This document shows positions 36,246 through 52,720 of a stretch of DNA of 64,000 nucleotides, in pieces. Both the position numbers and the translations under genes were made by a program. The stretch spans positions 248,001-312,000 of the forward strand of contig RSEE01000038.1 of assembly GCA_003971905.1 (NCBI GenBank), given 5' to 3'. The notes under the pieces are model-generated. The model was given only the letters and a program-made list of their open reading frames with translations. It was not told where the DNA came from and did no database searches. Source of the stretch: Moniliella sp. 'wahieum' (taxonomy: Eukaryota). Every line of letters starts with the position of its first letter. Position 1 is the stretch's first letter.

Positions 36246-39105
36246 ATGGCCCGTTGGCGCTTCCGCCCTTGGCTCCGGCATCGCTCCCCAGCCCCCGTTG
36301 CCACTGCCACTACCACCGTCGAGTCCCCTCCAACCTCGCGCTCCCTGCCCTGCTCTCACGCGCCCTCCTCCCCGACCCGCTTCTCGCATACTTCGTCGAC
36401 AACCCTCCGACCGGGCCCGCCTACTTTACCTGATCCCCCACCCCCACGTCGTTCCGACTGCCCAGGTCGTCGGCCAAGGTCGCTACCCACATGGTTCCGC
36501 CGCCCTACCCGTCCCCATACTGGGGGCGAAGCGTGGTGTGATGCTCGTCTCGCGCAAGATGAAAATGCCAGTAGGAAATGGACGGATGACTCTTCGCAGC
36601 AACAAGGACTACCCCAGCGAGCTGTTCAAGGCTTCCACCTGGCGGCCCTGCTGGATGGAAGTGGGCGCAGAATCAGTGTTGATCTACACGGGCCTCGATC
36701 GTTCCCCATCGGCCGAGGAAAGGAAAAGCGCGGTGCCCGAACCCAGTGCCCAGGGATCCAAGTCGAATGGTGGGAAAGCGTACAACCCTGGCGCGGAAGC
36801 AGCAGTAATGGTTCATGAGCTCCCCTGATTATGACCACGATCCGGATCCCTGGGGTACCTGCTGGCGCGGCAGGTTCTCAACACAGTTTGACGGCCAACT
36901 TGATGGGCCGAAGCGTTGGTGGTCCAGGTTCAGCAGCCTGGGTACCGTCCCCTCAAATTCTGATTCAACTTCCAACCCAGTTGGTTTGGATTCTGTTTCT
37001 TCCCATCTTCCGACCAACGACACTTCCAACGCCGAAGCCCCTGTTTTCGGCCGGACTGCCGCTGCATCTCCTCCAGCGGTATGTGTACACAACCGGGGAA
37101 AAGAATACCACAGCCACGAAGTTTTTCCCCTTCCTGCGTGGGGCAAGCAGTGGGAACAGCCACCGTGGCCGGGACAATGTGTTTGAGTGGTCTCTCTCAA
37201 CGACCGTCGCTTTGTTACCGCGCGCGATCCGGCAGACCTGGCAGAGTGGGTGCATGCTATCCGAGAAGGCATCGCCGATGCGCTGCTTCACATGCCCTCT
37301 CACACATCGGCCATACCGGACGAGGGTCGTACCGGCTCCTCCGCCGCGCAAGTGGACGTGGACGCCACTACCCAGGCGTCAAGAAGCGCTAGTTTGCGAG
37401 AAGGAAATGCTTCGGCTATCGATCTAGCCAGATCGCCTACCCCGGCAAGTCATTCTATCCTGGCTCGTCCATAACCACCAGCGACCCCTCCTCTCCGGCT
37501 CTGAGCTCCGCCAGCATTGAATACGATGTCTAGCTCTGACCTCCCTCCTACCACCGCAACGGCCGGATCGACGGGAAATGTAATCTCGGCTCCGTCCGAC
37601 ACTATCGCTCCAGGTTCTTACGTGCCACTACCTCTTTTGGTGATGCCCTGCCCGCAGGAGCCGGCCCTAAGCACAAGAATCCTTCTGCCTTGACGAATCC
37701 CGCTGCGGCCCCACCTTCCTTACCCTTCTCTTCCACCGCAGCCGTCCCCAGCTCTACACACCACCACCCCCTTATGTGGCCGAGGTGAGGGCCTTGGCCC
37801 AGTTGCCCGAGAACCGCATGTGTGCGGACTGCCATGCACCCAGTACGTCGTTTCTGACTCGTTGGCCACTATGCTTGTGCGTGACGCACCCATTGCTAAC
37901 TCTTGCATACGTTGGTAGATCCGCGATGGGCATCTTGGTCTTTATTTGAGCAACCTTGCTGTATATTTTTGCATCCAGTGCACTTCTGTCCACCGTGCTT
38001 TGGGCGTGCACGTAAGCAAGGTCAAGAGCATCGACTTTGATACCTGGAACGAGCCCCAAACTGCCGCCGCGCGAGCCTGGGGCAATGCACGAGCCAACGC
38101 CTATTGGGAACACTCGCTTCCGGCAGACTTTGTCCGTCATGCACCGTCACCCCATGCGACCCACGTTGTGGCCCAAGCTATGAGCATCCCATCTCCTCTT
38201 TACCCCCCACGCAGTGCGAGCGTGGCAAGGTCCCAATCCACCGTGGGAGCAGGAACAGATTCGACCCCTGCCTCTGGCCCTATTCTCTCCGCAGGGGGGA
38301 CGACAGCACCCACGTCGGAACCCACTTAACCCACAAATCTTCGCGTTGCAACCAAGCCCTCTCTGCACCACAAACCATGCTACCGCCACATCATCAGCAT
38401 CTCCCTCCGTGCTGCCTCGATCAGCGTGACCAGGACATGTCTGCCCCTCCCCTTGACCGTGGGATGGTAGAGGAAGAGGTTGTGATGCCCCACCGCGGTA
38501 CACCGCTTCTGGATCAGGAAGTGAAACGGACCTTACGCGATCGTCACGGGGGCACATTCTGCCTGTGTACGGTAGTGGCTTTGCGCCGCCGCGTGGCGCG
38601 GGAGCGCGTGAAGGAATACCCACTGAGATCACGCGCGAAGATGGGAATGGAAATGAGGTCCCTTCTCTTCCCGCCCCCCCGCGTTCCCGTCTGTGCGTGG
38701 ACGGACGAGAACGACGTCTCCTGCCCTTCCCCTGGTTTCGACTCGGGGCGGATCGTCGCCTTTGCGCTACCATCCCGAGACAGAGGGACTGGCTACGGCT
38801 ACGCCCACTGCAACGTCCACTCTATCCACTGGGTCTGTGTCTCCCTCGCGGACCATCTTGCCCGAAACGCGGGAAGCGGATCTATTTTGGATTCACAAGT
38901 ACGTGGAACGACGCTGGGCTGCGCCCGGCTCGTTGGAGACGTATGCCGCGCCCAACCCCGTAGTCGGGGGATCCACCGTCCCTCGCTCTTCTTCCTTCCT
39001 CCCTCCCAGGGCAAGGCGACAACGCGACCCGCCCCCTCCCACTCCGTTGCGGGCAGGAAGAAGTCTGCTCCCTTGGCGAGCGTGGCGGTGTCGACGATGC
39101 AGTAG
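36246..39105 (+). CDS. ArfGAP zinc-finger protein with an upstream PH-like region
   Basis: LPENRMCADCHAPN, intron 37843-37918, then PRWASW..CIQCTSVHRALGVHVSKVKSIDFDTW..WGNARANAYWE and later FWIHKYVERRW. The upstream segment DNVFE..RRFVTARDPADLAEWVHAIRE looks like a PH-domain C-terminal helix. Frameshifted. Confidence 0.88.
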
Positions 39106-39837
39106 TAAACCTTGGCTGTGGCTCTCCATCGTGTCTTGTTCCTGTTTTCTATCTCTACTGTGTCTTTGCCGTCTCATTTTTTTGTTTGTGCTGTCTCTTC
39201 TGTCTGCCGTTTCGGTTGTCCCTTCTCGCCTGGCCCGAGTCCGCTTGGGCCTCAGACTGATCTCCCTCTCTCGATACTGGGAGACATCGCATACCCATAA
39301 CTCTGTTATCGTCGCCCCCACCCCGTCCCTCCCCTTTTGTCCAATGCCACCTCACTTTCGTTTTTGTCTTCCTCCTTTGCCCCTCCCGCGACGTCCCCCC
39401 CCCCCCCCCCTGCGCGCGCCCCCAATTGGTGTTCTGTTCATACACGTTTTGCGCCAACTCGATCTAGGCGCTCACGTCCACAGTCACGGCTTCGCCCATT
39501 TACCTCTCTCCATTCTGTGATTGATGCTCCCAATCTGAGAAGTTTCAGATCGAACCCCTTAGGCCTTGACCCTTAACGTTTAACCCCGTTGACTGTAGGT
39601 GGGGTAGGATCGATCGTTTCTGGCAGCTCGATCGTCTTTGTCGTCTCTTCTTCCAACCCTTTCTCTCCCCCACTTCATCCCTCTAGGTTGAACCCTCTGG
39701 CATGTGAGTGTTATCGGTAACTTCCAATAGAATACTGTCGAAAATGGCGAGTGGCATTCAATATTCACGCTCTCGCACCCAACGCAACGGACGTGGCATC
39801 CCCCCGAACCTCGTGCAGGGCCCACCTCCCATCCACC

Positions 39838-40487
39838 TTAGCCCTCCGATCTGGCAGAAACATCTCACAGTCAGCACCACCCAAATAACGAATCAAAGGA
39901 CCCAGGGATCAGAGAACCAGAGGACCAAAGGACCACAGGACCTAGGCACCAAACAATCGACAGCAACGTACCTTGGGCATATCAAAGTGCTCCGTAAGCG
40001 AAGCAAGGTGATTGTTGAATGCTTCCACCCGATCTTTGTGGGAAAACGTAGCTTCCTTGGCCACCCGCTGTCCCAACCGACGCAATCGAGCTTCTTCAAA
40101 CTTGGCCTCGGACTTGGTGCGGTACCGGCGCCGGTCTTGCCGTTCCTCCCGTTCCTCTTGCTTCTCGCTCGGGGAGGGGGGAGGTGGGAAGAACCAGTGG
40201 GGCTATCGCGCAGAGCTGGTTCATGCTCGGTACCTGTTCCAGCAGCAGGATCGGAGGAACGGTGGGAAGAATGGGAAGACCGGTGGGACTGGTGGGAGCG
40301 GGATCCGTCCTTGGACTTGCGCTCGTCTTCCCCCGCCGCACGGTGGGATCGCTTCTTATGCGACTTGGATGTGGACGTGGCTTGGACTTGGACTTGGATT
40401 TGGACTTGGATGCGCCGCCCTTGATCCGGAGCGAGCCACCAAGAGGCACGTCGTACCGTCTGAGTCGTCAACCGCAGCGGGCGGCAT
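39838..40487 (-). CDS. FAM32A / DUF1754 family protein
   Basis: N-terminal GGSLRIKGG, a K/S-rich tract, and C-terminal SEAKFEEARLRR..RVAKEATFSHKDRVEAFNNHLASLTEHFDMPK. Intron 39851-39971 precedes a final IG(P)G-stop micro-exon that is 2 nt short in this assembly. Confidence 0.85.
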
Positions 40488-40889
40488 GGTTGCCACACGG
40501 TGTGGTGGGCCCCGAGACGACGCTTTCGTGCTCAAAGTGCGAACTGCCCCGACCAGGATGGACGTGTGACGGAGTGATGCGTGAAGGAGCACAAGCGGAA
40601 TGATATTCAAGCGGAATAGCGGCATCGGGGCGTGATGAAATGGTGATACCAGAGGCAGGCCGACGTGAACGACAAGTCAAACTCAGGGCCTCCTTGGACG
40701 CAACGCGATCGGTTCGCTCGTCGTAAGCTCATACATCCATCCTTTCTCTGGCTCGATCTATCTGGAGCGACCGATCACCTTTCCCTTCCTGCCTCTTCCC
40801 TTCATCTTCATCTCCCTGGCCTGGCCTGGCCTGCCCCCGCTTCCCTTCGCCTTTCTCTACCCGCCGAGTCAATTGGCACGATTGCATTC

Positions 40890-42118
40890 TTATTGGTCAA
40901 AGTGCTTGGCCAAGGCATTGGCCATGACATAATGCACCTCGGTCGCTTTGGCCATCAACGTTTCCACCGCCTACAAAGCAAACACCACAATAAAACAAGA
41001 CAAAAAAGGAACCGGTCAGCCTCCCATCGTCTGCCATGCTCGCGAACAGAACCCTCGAAAGCAAGAAAGCAAGCAAAAAAGGAGGAAGAGGAGTACACAC
41101 CGCATCAATCACTTCGTATTGAGTTCCTTGGCTGATGAGGTGACGAAGGGACGTGACACTGCCCAAAGCCGGCATGGCATTCACCTGCACCGTACCCCGA
41201 ACAAAGGCAGACGTAGCCTCTTGCAACGTAGGATCCACCACCAGGAGCGGTCGAAGCCGCTGCTCATGCGTGCCATCCAGCGCCCCCCGGTCCGGATCCG
41301 AACTGGGGCCCGTCGATGGCCTCAACCAAGAGCCCCGTGACCCCGGCCACCAAGCCATACATCTCGATGCCAGCTTGGGCCAGCGCTGTGCTCGCGGCCG
41401 TAACCGAGGCGGCGACCGTCGTTTCCTCCGGTCCATCGGCCTCGAGAACAGTGATGAAACATCGATGCTCGCTTTGGGCAGCAAGTCCAGTCGCAACGCG
41501 GGCAACAGCGCAGCGTGGACCAGCTCGGACAAGGTGGAAGATTCAGCGTCCTAGCCAGAGGGACAGAAGAAGACAAGGGAGGGCGATTCGGTTAGGACAA
41601 AAGGAAAAAACAATCTACCAGATCATAGGTGCACGTTCCACCCAGGTGAAGGGGAGGGGAGGGGAGGGGGACAAAACTTACCTTTCCTGGCCGTTTTCCT
41701 CCGCATAGAAGCGAATGGAGCATAGCGCACGTCGACATTGAGCTCGCCATGGCCCAAGTACTGTTTTCCGCGAACTTGTCGCGGGCCGTACACAGCGCAG
41801 GCCAACTTGAGTTGCCCAGCTTCGAGGTACGCGCTCCCGCTACCTTGTCCAATGAGACCACATTGAATAACTGCAATGAACATAATGAGTGGTGAGAAGG
41901 GGCCCTGCCAATACCAAACAGGATGAGGGGAGGGGGAGGCGGACATACACATTGGACGCAGAGCATCGGCCTGCCGGCCGTCGGGGCGGGGCAAGGCCGC
42001 GGTGGGTGGGGGCTTGGATACGTCGGCGCTGGGAGCCGATGCATGCGAGACCAGTCGGATGGACTCAGCACCAATGGGGGCATAGACGTCTCGGGCCCGT
42101 TTTACGCCTCCTGTCCAT
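40890..42118 (-). CDS. MTR3: Exosome complex RNase PH-like subunit (Mtr3/EXOSC6)
   Basis: MDRRR.. start, GLIGQGSGSAYLE..KLACAVYGPR, LNVDVRYAPFAS, ALLPALRLDLLPKASIDV and LLVVDPT. Introns at 41871-41948, 41551-41681 and 40971-41100. Confidence 0.88.
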
Positions 42119-42378
42119 GGCGGCGCTCATATTGACACACGGCAGTTCCTGGTGGGGTGGGAGACGGGAGGCGGCCATGCCCTGCAGTTTACGGAACGCC
42201 CAGACCCAAAAAAAAGCGTGGTCTCGCAACATTGCAAAAACGCACCCACCGGGCATGCTGACCTAATCGGTTTGCCGCCCGCGGAAGAAGGAAGAAAAAA
42301 AAAAAAAGAAACGGGCCAGTTTGGGCCACCCGAATCTTCAGCGTAGTTCGGCGGCTTGCTCTTTCCCTTCCCCCCACC
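42119..42378. promoter_or_regulatory. Probable compact bidirectional promoter (MTR3 / ZUO1)
   Basis: 260 bp between divergent start codons, containing poly(dA) tracts near 42208 and 42295. Confidence 0.6.
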
Positions 42379-43747
42379 ATGGCGACGATCCTGACGCTGC
42401 CGTTTGAGCTGGGCGCTGCCCCGGCGGATTTCAAGCCGGGCTCGACCAGCTCCATCTCCAAGGTGGAGCCTGTCGTCCTCTTCCCTGCCGGCCCTTCGTA
42501 CCTTGGCCACGTCCGTCGCAACCTCAACGCTCGTTCCTTTGCCGAGGACGACGAGAAGAATCGGCGCGTGTGGCGGCGGAGCTCGAGGGCGATGAGGAGG
42601 AGGACGACTTGGGTGTGGGCGAAGAGTCCGAGTCGGAGGATCTCTTGTCGTCCGACCCCAAGGAGTGGAAGCACCAGGACCACTACGCTGTGCTTGGTCT
42701 GTCCAAGTTCGCTGACAAGCCACTCCCGATCAGATCAAGATTGCGCATCGCAAAAAGGTCCTGAAGCACCCACCCTGACAAGAAAGCCGGGCGGGTGGTC
42801 TGGCGTCGGACGATGCCTTCTTCAAGTGCATTGCCAAGGCGCATGAGATCCTCTCTACCCCCGAGAAGCGTCGGCAGTTCGATTCGGTCGACCCTGCGTT
42901 TGACCACATCAAGGAACCCACGGGCAAGGAGCCGGCCGAAAAGTTCTTTGAGATCTGGGCACCTGTATTTGAGCTGGAAGCGCGCTTTTCCGAGCCGTCC
43001 AACGGCCCCGTGCCCTCGATCGGCACGGAGGAATCGAGCAAGGAAGATGTGGATGCCTTCTACTCGTTCTGGTACAACTTTGACTCGTGGCGCTCGTTTG
43101 GTACTGGACAAGGACGTCAACGAGGGTTCCGACTCGCGTGATGAGAAGCGCTACATGGAGAAGAAGACCGTGCTGAACGTGCCAAGCGCAAAAAGGAGGA
43201 CAATGCCCGCCTTCGCTCGTTGGTCGACAAGGCGCGGCTACCGACCCGGATTAAGAAGTTCAAAGCCGAGGAGAAGGCAGCACGCGAGGCACGCCGCAAA
43301 GTGCGCGCGCCCCAGCAGCAGCAGCAGGCTGGTCGTGGTGCGGCCGGTGCGCGTCTGACGCCGCAGCAGGCGCTGGCCGCTAAGAAGGCCAAGGCGGAAG
43401 AGGAGAAGAAGGCTAAGGAGCAGGCCGCGCAGGCCGACGCTGCTGGCAAGGCCGAGCGGGAGGCGGCCAAGAAGCAGCGTGAGGCGGCCAAGAAGAAGAT
43501 CAAGAAGGAGAAGAAGGCCATTTCGGCGGTGCTGACCGCGAACAACTACTTCCAGCCCGCTGGTACCGCCGCTTCGGCCGCTGTGATTGAGGCGCAGCTC
43601 AACGGTCTCGACGCGCTGGTTGAGGCGCTCGACCCGACTGAAGTTGCTACTCTGCGCGCTGACGTGGAGAAGGCTGGTGCCGCTGCTAAGGCCGAGCTGA
43701 ACAAAGCTGCCGAGGCCAAGGGGGTGGCTGCTGGTGTGTGGGCTTGA
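42379..43747 (+). CDS. ZUO1: Zuotin, ribosome-associated J-protein
   Basis: VEPV..AGPSYLGHVRR, DPKEWKHQDHYAVLGL, J-domain KHPDKK region, FYSFWYNFDSWRSF, RDEKRYMEKK and a charged RAC-head C-terminus. Frameshifts. Confidence 0.95.
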
Positions 43748-44528
43748 GGCCACGTGCATACAGATCAATAACAATGATCGATTATCGTTTTTGACGGCGC
43801 AGGAGGCAGACGAGGAGTTTGCGCAGATGCCATGATTGGGTCGAGCGGGAGCATAGGAGAGGTTCGACTGTCACATGTCAGATCGAAATAGAAACGAAAG
43901 AGAAGATCAGCAAGAAGGATGGATGCATCTTCGGACAAGAATGAGACCAACGGTTGTGCAGTGCCGTGACAAGTTGCCGAGTGCCCGGGTGCATGTCCAC
44001 CTACTATAGTACGGGTCGAGCCTGTCAGTCTGTCAGTGGCACGGCACGCTCGTCCGCCTCGTGCACTACAGACAGAACAAAAGCAGCACTTGGAGTAAGA
44101 TATTCAGATACTGCTGGGTGCACTTGGACCCACACAGGCTCGGCTTGTTACAGGAGGTCGACAGGAGGTGGGCTACTGGGTGGATCTACTCTACACCCTA
44201 CCCTATACAGGGGGTGGAGGGCTAGGGGGGGGAGCAGGAGGAAGCAGGAGGCCGGGGCTGAGTGTTGAATGTTTCCATGAGGCCTGAGGGCCCTCGTGGT
44301 TGGACGTGGGACAGGGGAGGACAGGAGGGACTAGTCCAGCATGTCCGGACGCCGCACTGGGTCTGCGTGCGGACTGTACGGACTTGGCCAGACAGGACGC
44401 TGGCGGGAAATGCACCAGCAAGGCTTGGCAAGCCACTGCAGGCCAGTGCCCGCTGGGGCGCGGGCTTTCACGTTTGCATGTTCCACCTTGGGCGTCGTCG
44501 GCCGGGGGGCAGCCTTCTGGATTGCTAA

Positions 44529-47586
<3,058 letters not shown>

Positions 47587-49704
47587 CGAGGGATTGAGCA
47601 ACTAAGCAAACTGAGGATGCGTATGTGAAGCGTATGGAGCGCCCATCCTCGTTTTCGCTCCGCTCAGGTTTCGTTTCCTCTCTCGGATCTCAGGGGTGAG
47701 GGAGGGGAGAACCGACCAACCAGTATAGGAACTGGCCCTTTCCTTTGAGTGGTTGGGTAGTTGGGATACTCGCTTCCCTTCTCACGCGCAGCCTGGCTAC
47801 CCTGTGATTCCCCCGTGATCCCCTCGTCATCTCGTTTTGGTGCCCCATGCATATTCCCCATCTATCTGCTCTGTACTCTTTTTTATTCTTCTCTGGCCAC
47901 GTTGGGCCGAGGTGTGCGCCGCGAGGTCGACCTGACTCTTGCGCTTCTTCCTGCGCAACCTGCGGGTCACATGTCATACAAGGGCAATGTATACAGTGGT
48001 GTCTCTTCAGATCCCTTAGACCAGAAGTCTGAAGCTTCATCTGAAGCTTGAAGCTTGAGCCCACTGGACCTTGCGCTCACCCTTGCTCCGTGTTTGTCTA
48101 TAGGGGAGTCGCGCTAGTGTTGGCACTGTGATGAGCGCAGTGAGTCCCCCGGTGATCCGTGTTCTGATACGATACCTATTCCATCGGTTGTATTACACCG
48201 TGGGTTTTTTGTGCTGGTGTGTGCCGGCCCTCCTCTTATGTTATCAACCAATTTGTTTTCTTCCGACCAAACCTAATCAACACCCTAATCGTAGCTGGAC
48301 ATCCCCTTTATTCTTGTCACCCTTACGAATCTACGACTCTCGCGTCGTCGCTTACACTCTCCAAAAAAAGGTGCGGATATAGTACGCTATTCTTTCTGCT
48401 ATATTCTTACAGGCATGTGTCGTCCTGGAGTCATTATAGGACTGAGCGCTGTGAGTCCGCGTGTATTTTCTCCTGGCTTCCCTCTCGGGAACACAGTCTC
48501 CCTTGTGTGGTGACTGTACTCCCAAGTTTTTGCGTGTCCATCCTTCTCCGTTTTACCCTATATAATACCGTGAGTTGTTTCCCTTTTGAACCCTGCCTAC
48601 TACAAGCAATGGTTCGTGGGTCTCCTCCACGTTCCATTGTTGTCTTCACCTTCCATACTTCAATCCATTGGCGGCGCCATCTTCTTCAATCTATACGGTA
48701 CAAACCGAATTTCTTCTCTTTGTTACCTCCCCTGCGCTTCCTTTATTCTTCGCCTCTCTCTTCATGTTTTCCCATCTCTTTTAGCTGCAGCTTTTTCCAG
48801 CTGCTAAGTGTTCGGCTTTTCCCGTATTCAATCCGTGGAGTTTTCAGTCCTTACTTTTTTTCTGCGTCTCAGCTTCAATGTTCCCGGTTCCCGCTCTAGA
48901 CTTCCAGGTTTGGGCAACCTTGTCCTCGGCTGCCACTTTTCCCATGGCCGAGTGGGAACAAAGGCTTCAGACACGGTTCTTACTGCCTCTACGTAGCCTT
49001 GCCGGACAATATGCAGCCCCTTCGGCCATACACTGTTGAGAAACATTTCCTTGTCCTTAGCCCTGCTCGGATTCAGCAGCAAACCCAAGCACGAACCTAC
49101 CGTGAGTCGACCACCCTTGCGGCCTTCAATGTAGGGATGCATCCCCCCAAAACTCCGGGCGGGCCTCAGGCTGCGGTCTGGGTGTGACATGCGACACCTG
49201 ACACAACGCCCACACTAGAGGGATTTCCCTGCGCGCCTCTTCAACCACTCGGTTCCGTCAAGATCTGAAGCCAGATATATACCGTCCGTTCGTCATGATG
49301 CTTGACGGGTCTACCCATCGTGGCATATGACCCTGTTGTAGTTCTTCATTGATGCCTTTGTTGTGTGTGTCTCATCATGTGTTGTTTACAGTATTGTTTA
49401 CAGTATGACTGCTTTTCTCCTTTTCCTCTGGGGTAGAAGGCACCACATTCCTTGCTGCCTGACTGAATCATCAGCCTCCAAAGCAATCCCCTTCCTCCAC
49501 AGTGGCTTTGTTAGTTGCGGCTGTGACACTTTGACCTCAAGGCGGCGAGCAAAAGATGTTTGGGGTCTGGAAAGAATGAAGTACTGAGTCTCAGTGGAGA
49601 TGGTTCAACGTTCACCGTTCACCCCTCAGATGTCTACCCCGTTCATTTTCGTATCCACACGCGCTACCTCAGGTGTGGGAACGGACGGTGTGGGTACCAG
49701 AGGG

Positions 49705-49855
49705 TCTTGATCTCTGCTGGCGACCCCCGGCCTCGTTCCGTAAAGGGCGGATTTGGCGCCAACAACCACAAAGGCCGGATGAGCAGGCCGGTTTGGGCAC
49801 AGCGTGTCTTTGTCCCACAGCCTTAGCTCTGTCAACGATGTTGGTTACAACATAT
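49705..49855 (+). other. Dispersed diverged sequence, copy B (homologous to 33790-33935 on -)
   Basis: Same collinear blocks as copy A. Confidence 0.75.
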
Positions 49856-50738
49856 AAGCATAAATTTTGGCGTTTGAGAAGAGTCATTTCCTTTCGGGCT
49901 CGTTTGTCATGGTTTGGCTGACCTCACTCCCATTTCCAATTTCTTCGTCCCGACCGTCTCACCGGTCACCCCTTCCCAGTTCTTCTCCGCTTCGCAACAT
50001 GCCATCTGCTATTGTTCTTTCCCAGGAACGAGGAACGATTCTTATACTGTCCCTTGGCCGAGTCCCCACTCTGGTCTACCTCCTCGCCTTTTCTCCGACT
50101 GTGACACACCCGATCGCACACATTGCACGGTTCTGTAATAGTTGCCACTGCATTATGTAGGAACTAGGCAAAAATAGGTTGTGTCATATGTCGTTCGTGC
50201 AGGTGGATACTACGCCCAACATGGATAGAGCCCGGGGCAAAGGGACAGGGAAAAGAACGATGAGATCGATGAGATCTGAGATCTGAGAGATGAGAGACGA
50301 GCGGTTCAGAAAAATTGGAAATGGGAGTGAAACTCACCAACTTATGAGATCTATGACAGATTGGATGGCCCGCGGTGGTTTGAGGGACTGAATGGTCCCA
50401 GCAAGAATCATTAATCAGCGCGCTGAGCTGAGGTTCCACGCTCAGCGACTCCCAGGTGCTTAAGTTAGTGAGCCTCTGGCATGGCCCTCGCAGCTAATCA
50501 CCGGGCAAATATTGTCACTTCTCTTTGCTGATCCTGTCTCCTTCTCTCTGCCGGCTACCAGTGTATCCTTTGTTTTCTTGGTGCTTGGCACTTGGTTCTC
50601 ACGTGTATCGCCTGACCCTTACCACTAGTACTCCTCACACTAGTCACTGTCAATGTCACTGCGCAAAAGGTGAAAGCTCAGGCTGTCGAGCGTTGTCGAT
50701 CTCAATGCATAATCGTCGTGGTACCTGGATGAGATCGA

Positions 50739-50797
50739 TGATCGATGAAGTTTGAAGGTTGAAGCTTGAAGGTTGAAGCTTGAAGCTTGAAGGTTGA
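50739..50797. repeat. Longest 7-bp-period TGA array (9 TGA in register)
   Basis: Cores TCGA, AGTT, AGGT, AGCT, AGGT, AGCT, AGCT, AGGT. Confidence 0.9.
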
Positions 50798-51772
50798 GAG
50801 GCCAGAAGATTATTGAAGCTAATAGAAGCTTGAAGATCCTGCGGGGTATCGAGCTCGTCCAGTCATACAGGGTTTGCTCTTCGGCATCGTTGCAGCAAAC
50901 TGTTTCGGCTTGTCGGCTTTTAGCGCTTAGCGCTTATACCCACACCTGGCTATACAGGCCCGTTTCTCCTGCGTCTGGCCCCACAGAATGTATCAAGTTC
51001 TCTACAAGGAATCGATACTTTTATCGAATTCATCTGTCTTCCGGCATAGGTCTCGGAGTGCCACCGGGATGCACTCGGTTCCGTCTGCCGATCTTTCAGC
51101 TTCTCTCTCGACTCTTTGGCCACCGAGCACCTGGGGGCACCCAGCGCCAGTCCCCTCAAGCCTGAACCAAGCTCAGGTCGATCTCGATCAGGACACTACA
51201 TATTCAAGCTTCATCTGTGCCTCTCTGTGCTTCAGGCTGCTTCAAGCTTCAAGCTTCAGGGCCTAGAATCCTTTGTGACAAATGTCGGCATCTCTATGTT
51301 CCTTGTTCCTCTTGAAGCTTGAACGTCAAACACCCTTCACAAGCTTCACACCACCACGAAATGGATCACCGGCACAGGAACAGCACAAGAGGTGGCCAGT
51401 ACTAGTACCATCCGTGTAGCATCCTTACTTTTGTGACTCTTGTCGGCACATCCTACTCGCGCGTGATGACGATGACATGCGATGCATGATGATGAATATT
51501 TAGAACGTTTCGTGCACCCCAACTTCTACGGAAAACAACCTGTTAAATCATGGCTTCCCGAAGGCTCAACGTACGTTCAACACGTTCAACAAACGTTCAA
51601 CGACTCAGAAGTGCACCAGTCACAGGGTCACCGCGGTCATACTCAGGGCGAAGCAGTGGAGAAGGTCACTACTGTGGTGTGGGAGGGTGGGGTGAAACCG
51701 GAGAAAGGCGATGAAATTGATGAAAGACCGAAGATCCATGATGAATCAGCGATCAGATCTCAGAATACACGA

Positions 51773-52018
51773 TGATTAATGATTAATGATTGATGATTGA
51801 TGATTTCGATGATCGACCAATATGATCTTGCCAAGAACGGGTGGATGGGCAGCATATGGTTGCGGAGGCCGTGGTTACCGGTTACCGGTTACCAAGCGAC
51901 GTGTGTAAAATTAGGTTGGAAAAGCTTGAACCCATTGAAGAGCTTGAAGGTGGTGACGGTGACCGGTGACCGGTGACTAAGTGACCCCAGTGAGCGCTGA
52001 GCGCTCGCTGAGTACTCA
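51773..52018. repeat. Cluster of heptamer arrays: (TGATTAA)2, (GGTTACC)3, (TGACCGG)2, (TGAGCGC)2, TGAGTACTCA
   Basis: Read directly at 51773, 51873, 51960, 51991 and 52009. Confidence 0.88.
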
Positions 52019-52637
52019 ACTGAGTGTACTGAGTATTGAATTGCCCTTTGGAGGGACCACTGTGATCGAATCAACTGATCGTTGAGCGGGGTTTGGACGT
52101 CGGTGGGAGTAGGCTGGGCGCAGGGAGAGGGCGTAGGTTGGGCGCCCACTATCCAAAATGCAGCGCCGTATACGGTTGGGGCAGCTTCGAAGCCCATGCA
52201 GGCCAGCGGGGCCAATGGGCCCAAGTATTGGCCACATTACACGTATAGATCGGTACATGTTCCACGTCAAACGCAAGGAACCAGCCAATGTCGGAAGGTT
52301 ACGCTTGCGAAGCCACGCGAAAGTGGGGAGAAGTGGGTGCAAGCCACACTAAGGAACAAACCGCGGCCCGGCCAGACTCAGTACTCATCGGAGATGGGAA
52401 GATTGCCGCCGCGTGCTGCTGTTCTGGCTGCACTGAGCATACTGGCACTGGTACACTGAGCGAGCCACAGCGGCTGAGGCTGAGGCGCTGAGGCCTGAGG
52501 CTGCGTGTGAGTGCCCAGATTGAGCACAGCGTCGTGCACTGCGCTGCACTCCCGATGTCCACCAGTATCACCCATCTCATAACGCAGATCCCATGCATCG
52601 TGTTTCATATGTCCGCGCCACCGCCATGCGCCGTGCT

Positions 52638-52675
52638 TCAAGCTTGACGCATGAGACATGACGCGTGACGCGTGA
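52638..52675. repeat. 7-bp-period array with mixed cores (AGCT, CGCA, GACA, CGCG, CGCG)
   Basis: TCA or TGA at 52638, 52645, 52652, 52659, 52666 and 52673. Confidence 0.85.
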
Positions 52676-52690
52676 CGGCCGCAGATCCAG

Positions 52691-52720
52691 GTGCAACTGG
52701 GTGCAACTGGGTGCAACTGG
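52691..52720. repeat. (GTGCAACTGG)3 perfect tandem repeat
   Basis: Three exact 10-bp copies. Confidence 0.9.
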
